Shown piece by piece: positions 28,801-42,076 of a DNA stretch of 64,000 bases. Position 1 is the first letter of the stretch, and every line of letters starts with the position of its first letter. Under the pieces are notes generated by a model. That model searched no databases and was not told the DNA's origin. It was given only the letters and a program-made list of their open reading frames with translations. This DNA is from the human T2T-CHM13v2.0 reference genome, Homo sapiens. Where the stretch lies: the NCBI RefSeq assembly GCF_009914755.1, contig NC_060948.1, one strand, 5' to 3'. A program made the position numbers and the translations under genes.

Positions 28801-31800
28801 ATGCAATGAAACGGAATCGAATGTCATAGAATGTAATGGAATGCAAAAAAATGGAATCCAAAATCATTGACTGGAAAGGCTGGGTGTCGAAAGGAATTGA
28901 CTCCAATGGAATGGAATCGAATGGAATGGAAGTGAATAGAATCGAACTAAATCGAATGGAATGGAATTGATAGGAACGGAATGGAAAGGAATGCAATGAT
29001 TTGGCATGGAATGGAATCGAATGGCATCGAATGGAATGGAATGGAATGCAATGGAATGGAATGTATTAGAATGTAATGAACTTTAATGGAATGTACTCGA
29101 ATGGATTCGACTGGAATGGAATGTTCTGGAAGTGAATGGACTCCAATGGAATGGATTCAAAAGGAATGGAATCGTACGGAATGGAATCTAATGGAATGGA
29201 ATTAAATGGAAATGAATCAAATTGAATAGCACGGAATTGAATTGAATGGAATGGAATGCAATGGAATCTAATGAAACGGAAAGGAAAGGAATGGAATGGA
29301 ATGGAATGGGCTGGAATGGAAAGGAATCGAAACGAATGGAATGGAATCGAACTGAAGAGACTGGAATGGAATGCACTGGAATGGAAGGGAGTGTAATGGA
29401 AGGTTCTCGAAAAAAATGGAATCGAATGGAATGGAATTGAATGGAACGGAATAGAGTCGAATGGAATTGAATGGAATGGAATGGACTAGAGTGAAATGGA
29501 ATCGAACCACAAGGAATGGACAGGAATAGAATGGTCTCGAATTGAATGGAATCGTATGGAATGGCATCAAACGGAATGGAATGGACAGCCACGGAATGGA
29601 ATGCACTCGAATGCAATGGAGTCGAAACAAATGGACTGGAATAGAATGGACTCGACTGGTACGGACTCCAATGGAATGGAATCGAATGGAAGGGAATCGA
29701 ACGGAAGGGAATCGAACGGAATGGACTCGAAGGGAAAAGACTGCAATGGAAAGGTCTCGAATGGAATGGAAATTAATGGAATGGAATGGAATCGAATGAA
29801 ATGGAGTCAAAAGGAATAGAATCGAATGGCAAGAAATCGAATGTAATGGAATCGCCAGGAATTGATGTGAACGGAACGGAATGGAATGGAATCCAAAGGA
29901 ATGGAATAGAATGGAATGGAATCGAATGGAAAGGACTCGAATGGAAATCACTCGAATAGAATGCAATTTAATAAAATAGGATCAAATGTAATGGAATGGA
30001 ATGGAAAGGAATCGAAACGAAAGGAATGGAGACAGATGGAATGGAATGGAACAGAGAGCAATGGTATAGAATGGAATGGAATCATCTGGAATGGAATTGA
30101 ATGGAATGGAATAATATGAAATGGAATGGAATGGAATGGAATGGAATGCCCTTGAATTAAATGGACTGGAATGGAATGGACTCAAACAGAGTGGAATGGA
30201 AAGTGTGGAGATAGAATGGAATGAACTCCTTTGGAATGGTGTAGTATGCAATGCAATCGACTGGCAGGGAATCAAAAGGAATGTAATCGAATGGATTGGA
30301 CTGGAATGCAATGGACTCGAATAGATTGGAAACGGAATGCAAAGGAATGGAATGGAATAGTATGGAATGCAATGGAAGGGAATGGAGTGGAATAGACTAG
30401 AGTGGAATGGAATGGACTGGAAAGCAATGGACTGGAATGGAACTTTCTTGGATGGACTGGAACCAAACGGAATGGAATGCAATGCAATCAAATGGCATGG
30501 AATAAAATAGAATGAAAGAGAATCAAATGGAATTGAATCGAATGGAATCGAATGGATTGGAAAGGAATAGAATGGAATGGAATGGAATTGACTCAAATGG
30601 AATGGACTAGAATGGAATGGATTCGAATGGAAGGCAAAGGAATGGAATCTATTGGAATGGACTGTAATGGAATGGAATGGAAGGGATTGGAATGGACTCG
30701 AATGGAATGGACTGCAATAGAAAGGATTCGAATGGAATGAAAAAGAATTGAATGGAATAGAACAGAATGGAATCAAATCGAATGAAATGGAATGGAATAG
30801 AAAGGAATGGAATGAAATGGAATGGAAAGGATTCGAATGGAATGCAATCGAATGGAATGGAATCGAACGGAATGGAATAAAATGGAAGAAAACTGGCAAG
30901 AAATGGAATCGAAATGAATGGAGTGTTATGGAACGGACTCAAAAGGAATTGAATGTAATAGAATGGAGTGGAGTGGACTCGAATATAATGGACTGGAATG
31001 GAATGAAATCACATGGAATGGGAACGAATGGAATGGAATGGAAAGGAATGGAATCGAATGGAAAGGAATCGAATGGAAGGGAATGAAATTGAATCAACAG
31101 GAATGGAAGGGAATAGAATAGACTGTAATGGAATGGACTCGAATAGAATGGACACGAATGCTCAAATTAAATGGACTCGAATGGAATGGAAACGAAAGGA
31201 ATGTCATCGAATGGAATTGAATCGATTGGAATGAAATCGCATAGAATGGAGTGGAATCAAATGGAATTGAATCGAAAGGAAAGGAAGCGAATGGACTGAA
31301 ATGAAATGGAATGGAATTGAATGGAAAGTAATGCAATGGAATAGAATGGAACGAAATTTCACGGAATGGAATCAAACTGAATGGAATCAAATCAATGGAA
31401 TCAAATCAAATGGAATGGAAAGGAATTGAATGGAGTAGATGGGATTGGATGGGATTGGAATGAAATGTACTGGAAAGGACTCGAATTTCATGAAACGGAA
31501 TGGAATGAATTGGAACGGAATGGACTCGAATGGAATGGAATGTCATGGGATTGCATCAAATGGAATGGCATCAAATGGAATGGAATCGAATGCAATGGAA
31601 TGCTATGGAATGGAATGGAATGCATTGGAATGGAATGTCCTCTAATGGAATGGATTCGAGTGGAATGGAATTGAATATAATGGAGTCGAATGAAATGGAA
31701 TTGAAAGGAATGGGATCGAATACAATGGAATATACTGGAATGTAACGTAATGAACTCGAATGTAATTGACTGGAATGGAATGTACATGAATGGAATGTAA

Positions 31801-32247
31801 TCGAATGGAAAGTAATCCAATGGAATAGAATCTAATGCAATAAAATCGACTCAGATAGAGTAGAATGTAATGGAATGGAGTGCAGTGCAATGGAATGGAA
31901 TGGAATTTAATGCAATGGAATGGAATGGAATGGAATGGGATGGAATGGTATGGAATGGATAGTAATGGACTGGAGTGAAATGGACTGGAAAGGAATGGAC
32001 TCAAATTGAAAGGGCACGAAAGGAATGGAGTCAAATGGAATGGTCTGGAATGGAATGAACACGAATGTAATGCAACCCAATAGAATGGAATCGAATGGCA
32101 TGGAATATAAAGAAATGGAATCGAAGAGAATGGAAACAAATGGAATGGAATTGAATGGAATGGGAACGAATGGAGTGAAATTGTATGCAGTAGAAGTGAA
32201 TAGAATGGAATGCAAGCGAAAGGAAAGGAATGGATTGGAATGGAATG
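10884..32247 (+). repeat. Dimeric higher-order repeat, 3 copies (7118, 7118, 7128 bp)
   Basis: Monomer lengths alternate 3574/3544/3574/3544/3584/3544. Diagnostic SNPs recur at 7118-bp spacing, e.g. GCTGTGG ~13782/20900/28018 and GGAACCAAAC ~16213/23331/30459. Confidence 0.9.
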
Positions 32248-35200
32248 GAATTCATTGGAATGGAAGGGAATGTAGTGTAATGGACAGGCCTGGAATAAAG
32301 TGGAATGCTACGGTCTCGAATGGAATAAAAATGTATGGAATGGAATGCAATGAAACGGAATCGAATGTCATAGAATGTAATGGAATGCAACAAAATGGAA
32401 TCCAAAATCATTGACTGGAAAGGCTGGGTGTCGAAAGGAATTGACTCCAATGGAATGGAATCGAATGGAATGGAAGTGAATAGAATCGAACTAAATCGAA
32501 TGGAATGGAATTGATAGGAACGGAATGGAAAGGAATGCAATGATTTGGCATGGAATGGAATCGAATGGCATCGAATGGAATGGAATGGAATGCAATGGAA
32601 TGGAATGTATTAGAATGGAATGAACTTTAATGGAATGTACTCGAATGGATTCGACTGGAATGGAATGTTCTGGAAGTGAATGGACTCCAATGGAATGGAT
32701 TCAAAAGGAATGGAATCGTACGGAATGGAATCTAATGGAATGGAATTAAATGGAAATGAATCAAATTGAATAGCACGGAATTGAATTGAATGGAATGGAA
32801 TGCAATGGAATCTAATGAAACGGAAAGGAAAGGAATGGAATGGAATGGAATGGGCTGGAATGGAAAGGAATCGAAACGAATGGAATGGAATCGAACTGAA
32901 GAGACTGGAATGGAATGCACTGGAATGGAAGGGAGTGTAATGGAAGGTTCTCGAAAAAAATGGAATCGAATGGAATGGAATTGAATGGAACGGAATAGAG
33001 TCGAATGGAATTGAATGGAATGGAATGGACTAGAGTGAAATGGAATCGAACCACAAGGAATGGACAGGAATAGAATGGTCTCGAATTGAATGGAATCGTA
33101 TGGAATGGCATCAAACGGAATGGAATGGACAGCCACGGAATGGAATGCACTCGAATGCAATGAAGTCGAAACTAACGGACTGGAATAGAATGGACTCGAC
33201 TGGTACGGACTCCAATGGAATGGAATCGAATGGAAGGGAATCGAACGGAAGGGAATCGAACGGAATGGACTCGAAGGGAAAAGACTGCAATGGAAAGGTC
33301 TCGAATGGAATGGAAATTAATGGAATGGAATGGAATCGAATGAAATGGAGTCAAAAGGAATGGAATCGAATGGCAAGAAATCGAATGTAATGGAATCGCA
33401 AGGAATTGATGTGAACGGAACGGAATGGAATGGAATCCAAAGGAATGGAATAGAATGGAATGGAATCGAATGGAAAGGACTCGAATGGAAATCACTCGAA
33501 TAGAATGCAATTTAATAAAATAGGATCAAATGTAATGGAATGGAATGGAAAGGAATCGAAACGAAAGGAATGGAGACAGATGGAATGGAATGGAACAGAG
33601 AGCAATGGTATAGAATGGAATGGAATCATCTGGAATGGAATTGAATGGAATGGAATAATATGAAATGGAATGGAATGGAATGGAATGGAATGCCCTTGAA
33701 TTAAATGGACTGGAATGGAATGGACTCAAACAGAGTGGAATGGAAAGTGTGGAGGTAGAATGGAATGAACTCCTTTGGAATGGACTAGTAGGCAATGCAA
33801 TCGACTGGCAGGGAATCAAAAGGAATGTAATCGAATGGATTGGACTGGAATGCAATGGACTCGAATAGATTGGAAACGGAATGCAAAGAATGGAATGGAA
33901 TAGTATGGAATGGAATGGAAAGGAGTGGAGTGGAATAGACTAGAGTGGAATGGAATGGACTGGAAAGCAATGGACTGGAATGGAACTTTCTTGAATGGAC
34001 TGGAATCAAACGGAATGGAATGCAATGCAATCAAATGGCATGGAATAAAATAGAATGAAAGAGAATCAAATGGAATTGAATCGAATGGAATCGAATGGAT
34101 TGGAAAGGAATAGAATGGAATGGAATGGAATTGACTCAAATGGAATGGACTAGAATGGAATGGATTCGAATGGAAGGCAAAGGAATGGAATCTATTGGAA
34201 TGGACTGTAATGGAATGGAATGGAAGGGATTGGAATGGACTCGAATGGAATGGACTGCAATAGAAAGGATTCGAATGGAATGAAAAAGAATTGAATGGAA
34301 TAGAACAGAATGGAATCAAATCGAATGAAATGGAATGGAATAGAAAGGAATGGAATGAAATGGAATGGAAAGGATTCGAATGGAATGCAATCGAATGGAA
34401 TGGAATCGAACGGAATGGAATAAAATGGAAGAAAACTGGCAAGAAATGGAATCGAAATGAATGGAGTGTTATGGAACGGACTCAAAAGGAATTGAATGTA
34501 ATAGAATGGAGTGGAGTGGACTCGAATATAATGGACTGGAATGGAATGAAATCACATGGAATGGGAACGAATGGAATGGAATGGAAAGGAATGGAATCGA
34601 ATGGAAAGGAATCGAATGGAAGGGAATGAAATTGAATCAACAGGAATGGAAGGGAATAGAATAGACGGTAATGGAATGGACTCGAATAGAATGGACACGA
34701 ATGCTCAAATTGAATGGACTCGAATGGAATGGAAACGAAAGGAATGTCATCGAATGGAATTGAATCGATTGGAATGAAATCGCATAGAATGGAGTGGAAT
34801 CAAATGGAATTGAATCGAAAGGAAAGGAAGCGAATGGACTGAAATGAAATGGAATGGAATTGAATGGAAAGTAATGCAATGGAATAGAATGGAACGAAAT
34901 TTCACGGAATGGAATCAAACTGAATGGAATCAAATCAATGGAATCAAATCAAATGGAATGGAAAGGAATTGAATGGAGTAGATTGGATTGGATGGGATTG
35001 GAATGAAATGTACTGGAAAGGACTCGAATTTCATGAAACGGAATGGAATGAATTGGAACGGAATGGACTCGAATGGAATGGAATGTCATGGAATGGTATC
35101 AAATGGAATGCCATCAAATGGAATGGAATCGAATGCAATGGAATGTTATGGAATGGAATGGAATGCATTGGAATGGAATGTCCTCTAATGGAATGGATTC

Positions 35201-38200
35201 GAGTGGAATGGAATCGAATATAATGGAGTCGAATGAAATGGAATTGAAAGGAATGGGATCGAATACAATGGAATATACTGGAATGTAATGTAATGAACTC
35301 GAATGTAATTGACTGGAATGGAATGTACATGAATGGAATGTAATCGAATGGAAAGTAATCCAATGGAATAGAATCTAATGCAATAAAACCGACTCAGATA
35401 GAGTAGAATGTAATGGAATGGAGTGCAGTGCAATGAAATGGAATGGAATTGAATGCAATGGAATGGAATGGAATGGAATGGAATGGAATGGAATGGAATT
35501 GGATGGAATGGTATGGAATGGATAGTAATGGACTGGAGTGAAATGGACTGGAAAGGAATGGACTCAAATTGAAAGGTCTCGAAAGGAATGGAGTCAAATG
35601 GAATGGTCTGGAATGGAATGAACACGAATGTAATGCAATCCAATAGAATGGAATCGAATGGCATGGAATATAAAGAAATGGAATCGAAGAGAATGGAAAC
35701 AAATGGAATGGAATTGAATGGAATGGAATTGAATGGAATGGGAACGAATGGAGTGAAATTGTATGCAGTAGAAGGGAATAGAATGGAATGCAAGCGAAAG
35801 GAAAGGAATGGATTGGAATGGAATGGAATTCATTGGAATGGAAGGGAATGTAGTGTAATGGACAGGCCTGGAATAAAGTGGAATGCTACGGTCTCGAATG
35901 GAATAAAAATGTATGGAATGGAATGCAATGAAACGGAATCGAATGTCATAGAATGTAATGGAATGCAAAAAAATGGAATCCAAAATCATTGACTGGAAAG
36001 GCTGGGTGTCGAAAGGAATTGACTCCAATGGAATGGAATCGAATGGAATGGAAGTGAATAGAATCGAACTAAATCGAATGGAATGGAATTGATAGGAACG
36101 GAATGGAAAGGAATGCAATGATTTGGCATGGAATGGAATCGAATGGCATCGAATGGAATGGAATGGAATGCAATGGAATGGAATGTATTAGAATGGAATG
36201 AACTTTAATGGAATGTACTCGAATGGATTCGACTGGAATGGAATGTTCTGGAAGTGAATGGACTCCAATGGAATGGATTCAAAAGGAATGGAATCGTACG
36301 GAATGGAATCTAATGGAATGGAATTAAATGGAAATGAATCAAATTGAATAGCACGGAATTGAATTGAATGGAATGGAATGCAATGGAATCTAATGAAACG
36401 GAAAGGAAAGGAATGGAATGGAATGGAATGGGCTGGAATGGAAAGGAATCGAAACGAATGGAATGGAATCGAACTGAAGAGACTGGAATGGAATGCACTG
36501 GAATGGAAGGGAGTGTAATGGAAGGTTCTCGAAAAAAATGGAATCGAATGGAATGCAATTGAATGGAACGGAGTAGAGCCGAATGCAATTGAATGGAATG
36601 GAATGGACTAGAGTGAAATGGAATCGAACCACAAGGAATGGACAGGAATAGAATGGTCTCGAATTGAATGGAATCGTATGGAATGGCATCAAACGGAATG
36701 GAATGGACAGCCACGGAATGGAATGCACTCGAATGCAATGGAGTCGAATCTAATGGACTGGAATAGAATGGACTCGACTGGTACGGACTCCAATGGAATG
36801 GAATCGAATGGAAGGGAATCGAACGGAAGGGAATCGAATGGAATGGACTCGAAGGGAAAAGACTGTAATGGAAAGGTCTCGAATGGAATGGAAATTAATG
36901 GAATGGAATGGAATCGAATGAAATGGAGGCAAAAGGAATGGAATCGAATGGCAAGAAATCGAATGTAATGGAATCGCAAGGAATTGATGTGAACGGAACG
37001 GAATGGAATGGAATCCAAAGGAATGGAATAGAATGGAATGGAATCGAATGGAAAGGACTCGAATGGAAATCACTCGAATAGAATGCAATTTAATAAAATA
37101 GGATCAAATGTAATGGAATGGAATGGAAAGGAATCGAAACGAAAGGAATGGAGACAGATGGAATGGAATGGAACAGAGAGCAATGGTATAGAACGGAATG
37201 GAATCATCTGGAATGGAATTGAATGGAATGGAATAATATGAAATGGAAAGGAATGAAATGGAATGCCCTTGAATTAAATGGACTACAATGGGAATGGACT
37301 CGAACAGAGTGGAATGGAAAGTGTTGAAATAGAATGGAATTGACTCCTTTGGAATGGTGTAGTATGCAATGCAATCGACTGGCAGGGAATCAAAAGGAAT
37401 GTAATCGAATGGATTGGACTGGAATGCAATGGACTCGAATAGATTGGAAACGGAATGCAAAGGAATGGAATGGAATAGTATGGAATGGAATGGAAAGGAA
37501 TGGAGTGGAATAGACTAGAGTGGAATGGAATGGACTGGAAAGCAATGGACTGGAATGGAACTTTCTTGAATGGACTGGAATCAAACGGAATGGAATGCAA
37601 TGCAATCAAATGGCATGGAATAAAATAGAATGAAAGAGAATCAAATGGAATTGAATCGAATGGAATCGAATGGATTGGAAAGGAATAGAATGGAATGGAA
37701 TGGAATGGACTCAAATGGAATGTACTAGAATGGAATGGATTCGAATGGAAGGCAAAGGAATGGAATCTATTGGAATGGACTGTAATGGAATGGAATGGAA
37801 GGGATTGGAATGGACTCGAATGGAATGGACTGCAATAGAAAGGATTCGAATGGAATGAAAAAGAATTGAATGGAATAGAACAGAATGGAATCAAATCGAA
37901 TGAAATGGAATGGAATAGAAAGGAATGGAATGAAATGGAATGGAAAGGATTCGAATGGAATGCAATCGAATGGAATGGAATCGAACGGAATGGAATAAAA
38001 TGGAAGAAAACTGGCAAGAAATGGAATCGAAGTGAATGGAGTGTTATGGAACGGACTCAAAAGGAATTGAATGTAATAGAATGGAGTGGAGTGGACTCGA
38101 ATATAATGGACTGGAATGGAATGAAATCACATGGAATGGGAACGAATGGAATGGAATGGAAAGGAATGGAATCGAATGGAAAGGAATCGAATGGAAGGGA

Positions 38201-39405
38201 ATGAAATTGAATCAACAGGAATGGAAGGGAATAGAATAGACGGTAATGGAATGGACTCGAATAGAATGGACACGAATGCTCAAATTAAATGGACTCGAAT
38301 GGAATGGAAACGAAAGGAATGTCATCGAATGGAATTGAATCGATTGGAATGAAATCGCATAGAATGGAGTGGAATCAAATGGAATTGAATCGAAAGGAAA
38401 GGAAGCGAATGGACTGAAATGAAATGGAATGGAATTGAATGGAAAGTAACGCAATGGAATAGAATGGAACGAAATTTCACGGAATGGAATCAAACTGAAT
38501 GGAATCAAATCAATGGAATCAAATCAAATGGAATGGAAAGGAATTGAATGGAGTAGATGGGATTGGATGGGATTGGAATGAAATGTACTGGAAAGGACTC
38601 GAATTTCATGAAACGGAATGGAATGAATTGGAAAGGAATGGACTCGAATGGAATGGAATGTCATGGGATGGCATCAAATGGAATGGCATCAAATGGAATG
38701 GAATCGAATGCAATGGAATGCTATGGAATGGAATGGAATGCATTGGAATGGAATGTCCTCTAATGGAATGGATTCGAGTGGAATGGAATTGAATATAATG
38801 GAGTCGAATGAAATGGAATTGAAAGGAATGGGATCGAATACAATGGAATATACTGGAATGTAACGTAATGAACTCGAATGTAATTGACTGGAATGGAATG
38901 TACATGAATGGAATGTAATCGAATGGAAAGTAATCCAATGGAATAGAATCTAATGCAATAAAATCGACTCAGATAGAGTAGAATGTAATGGAATGGAGTG
39001 CAGTGCAATGGAATGGAATGGAATGGAATGCAATGGAATGGAATGGAATGGAATGGAATGGAATGGAATGGAATGGAATGGGATGGAATGGTATGGAATG
39101 GATAGTAATGGACTGGAGTGAAATGGACTGGAAAGGAATGGACTCAAATTGAAAGGGCTCGAAAGGAATGGAGTCAAATGGAATGGTCTGGAATGGAATG
39201 AACACGAATGTAATGCAACCCAATAGAATGGAATCGAATGGCATGGAATATAAAGAAATGGAATCGAAGAGAATGGAAACAAATGGAATGGAATTGAATG
39301 GAATGGAATTGAATGGAATGGGAACGAATGGAGTGAAATTGTATGCAGTAGAAGAGAATAGAATGGAATGCAAGCGAAAGGAAAGGAATGGATTGGAATG
39401 GAATG
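32248..39405 (+). repeat. Two more divergent monomers (3578 and 3580 bp)
   Basis: EcoRI at 32248, 35826, 39406. Many private substitutions and 1-bp indels (~33888, ~37290). Confidence 0.88.
33982..33996. promoter_or_regulatory. Perfect heat-shock element motif HSE-3 (GGAACTTTCTTGAAT), present in a minority of monomers
   Basis: Exact match here and near 9075, 37557, 43782, 47310 and 61589; the other units read TTCTTGGAT. Confidence 0.45.
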
Positions 39406-42076
39406 GAATTCATTGGAATGGAAGGGAATGTAGTGTAATGGACAGGCCTGGAATAAAGTGGAATGCTACGGTCTCGAATGGAATAAAAATGTATGGAATG
39501 GAATGCAATGAAACGGAATCGAATGTCATAGAATGTAATGGAATGCAAAAAAATGGAATCCAAAATCATTGACTGGAAAGGCTGGGTGTCGAAAGGAATT
39601 GACTCCAATGGAATGGAATCGAATGGAATGGAAGTGAATAGAATCGAACTAAATCGAATGGAATGGAATTGATAGGAACGGAATGGAAAGGAATGCAATG
39701 ATTTGGCATGGAATGGAATCGAATGGCATCGAATGGAATGGAATGGAATGCAATGGAATGGAATGTATTAGAATGGAATGAACTTTAATGGAATGTACTC
39801 GAATGGATTCGACTGGAATGGAATGTTCTGGAAGTGAATGGACTCCAATGGAATGGATTCAAAAGGAATGGAATCGTACGGAATGGAATCTAATGGAATG
39901 GAATTAAATGGAAATGAATCAAATTGAATAGCACGGAATTGAATTGAATGGAATGGAATGCAATGGAATCTAATGAAACGGAAAGGAAAGGAATGGAATG
40001 GAATGGAATGGGCTGGAATGGAAAGGAATCGAAACGAATGGAATGGAATCGAACTGAAGAGACTGGAATGGAATGCACTGGAATGGAAGGGAGTGTAATG
40101 GAAGGTTCTCGAAAAAAATGGAATCGAATGGAATGGAATTGAATGGAACGGAATAGAGTCGAATGGAATTGAATGGAATGGAATGGACTAGAGTGAAATG
40201 GAATCGAACCACAAGGAATGGACAGGAATAGAATGGTCTCGAATTGAATGGAATCGTATGGAATGGCATCAAACGGAATGGAATGGACAGCCACGGAATG
40301 GAATGCACTCGAATGCAATGGAGTCGAAACTAACGGACTGGAATAGAATGGACTCGATTGGTACGGACTCCAATGGAATGGAATCGAATGGAAGGGAATC
40401 GAACGGAAGGGAATCGAACGGAATGGACTCGAAGGGAAAAGACTGCAATGGAAAGGTCTCGAATGGAATGGAAATTAATGGAATGGAATGGAATCGAATG
40501 AAATGGAGTCAAAAGGAATGGAATCGAATGGCAAGAAATCGAATGTAATGGAATCGCAAGGAATTGATGTGAACGGAACGGAATGGAATGGAATCCAAAG
40601 GAATGGAATAGAATGGAATGGAATCGAATGGAAAGGACTCGAATGGAAATCACTCGAATAGAATGCAATTTAATAAAATAGGATCAAATGTAATAGAATG
40701 GAATGGAAAGGAATCGAAACGGAAGGAATGGAGACAGATGGAATGGAATGGAACAGAGAGCAATGGTATAGAATGGAATGGAATCATCTGGAATGGAATT
40801 GAATGGAATGGAATAATATGAAATGGAATGGAATGGAATGGAATGGAATGCCCTTGAATTAAATGGACTGGACTCGAACAGAGTGGAATGGAAAGTGTTG
40901 AGATAGAATGGAATGGACTCCTTTGGAATGGTCTAGTATGCAATGCAATCGACTGGCAGGGAATCAAAAGGAATGTAATCGAATGGATTGGACTGGAATG
41001 CAATGGACTCGAATAGATTGGAAACGGAATGCAAAGGAATGGAATGGAATAGTATGGAATGCAATGGAAGGGAATGGAGTGGAATAGACTAGAGTGGAAT
41101 GGAATGGACTGGAAAGCAATGGACTGGAATGGAACTTTCTTGGATGGATGGGAATCAAACGGAATGGAATGCAATGCAATCAAATGGCATGGAATAAAAT
41201 AGAATGAAAGAGAATCAAATGGAATTGAATCGAATGGAATCGAATGGATTGGAAAGGAATAGAATGGAATGGAATGGAATTGACTCAAATGGAATGGACT
41301 AGAATGGAATGGATTCGAATGGAATGGAATGTCATGGAATGGCATCAAATGGAATGGCATCAAATGGAATGGAATCGAATGCAATGGAATGCTATGGAAT
41401 GGAATGGAATGCATTGGAATGGAATGTCCTCTAATGGAATGGATTCGAGTGGAATGGAATTGAATATAATGGAGTCGAATGAAATGGAATTGAAAGGAAT
41501 GGGATCGAATACAATGGAATATACTGGAATGTAACGTAATGAACTCGAATGTAATTGACTGGAATGGAATGTACATGAATGGAATGTAATCGAATGGAAA
41601 GTAATCCAATGGAATAGAATCTAATGCAATAAAATCGACTCAGATAGAGTAGAATGTAATGGAATGGAGTGCAGTGCAATGGAATGGAATGGAATGGAAT
41701 GCAATGGAATGGAATGGAATGGAATGGAATGGAATGGAATGGAATGGAATGGGATGGAATGGTATGGAATGGATAGTAATGGACTGGAGTGAAATGGACT
41801 GGAAAGGAATGGACTCAAATTGAAAGGGCTCGAAAGGAATGGAGTCAAATGGAATGGTCTGGAATGGAATGAACACGAATGTAATGCAATCCAATAGAAT
41901 GGAATCGAATGGCATGGAATATAAAGAAATGGAATCGAAGAGAATGGAAACAAATGGAATGGAATTGAATGGAATGGAATTGAATGGAATGTGAACGAAT
42001 GGAGTGAAATTGTATGCAGTAGAAGAGAATAGAATGGAATGCAAGCGAAAGGAAAGGAATGGATTGGAATGGAATG
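39406..42076 (+). repeat. Second truncated monomer (2671 bp) with the same 903-bp deletion
   Basis: Identical junction at ~41315-41324; 2671 = 3584 - 903 - 10. Confidence 0.92.
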
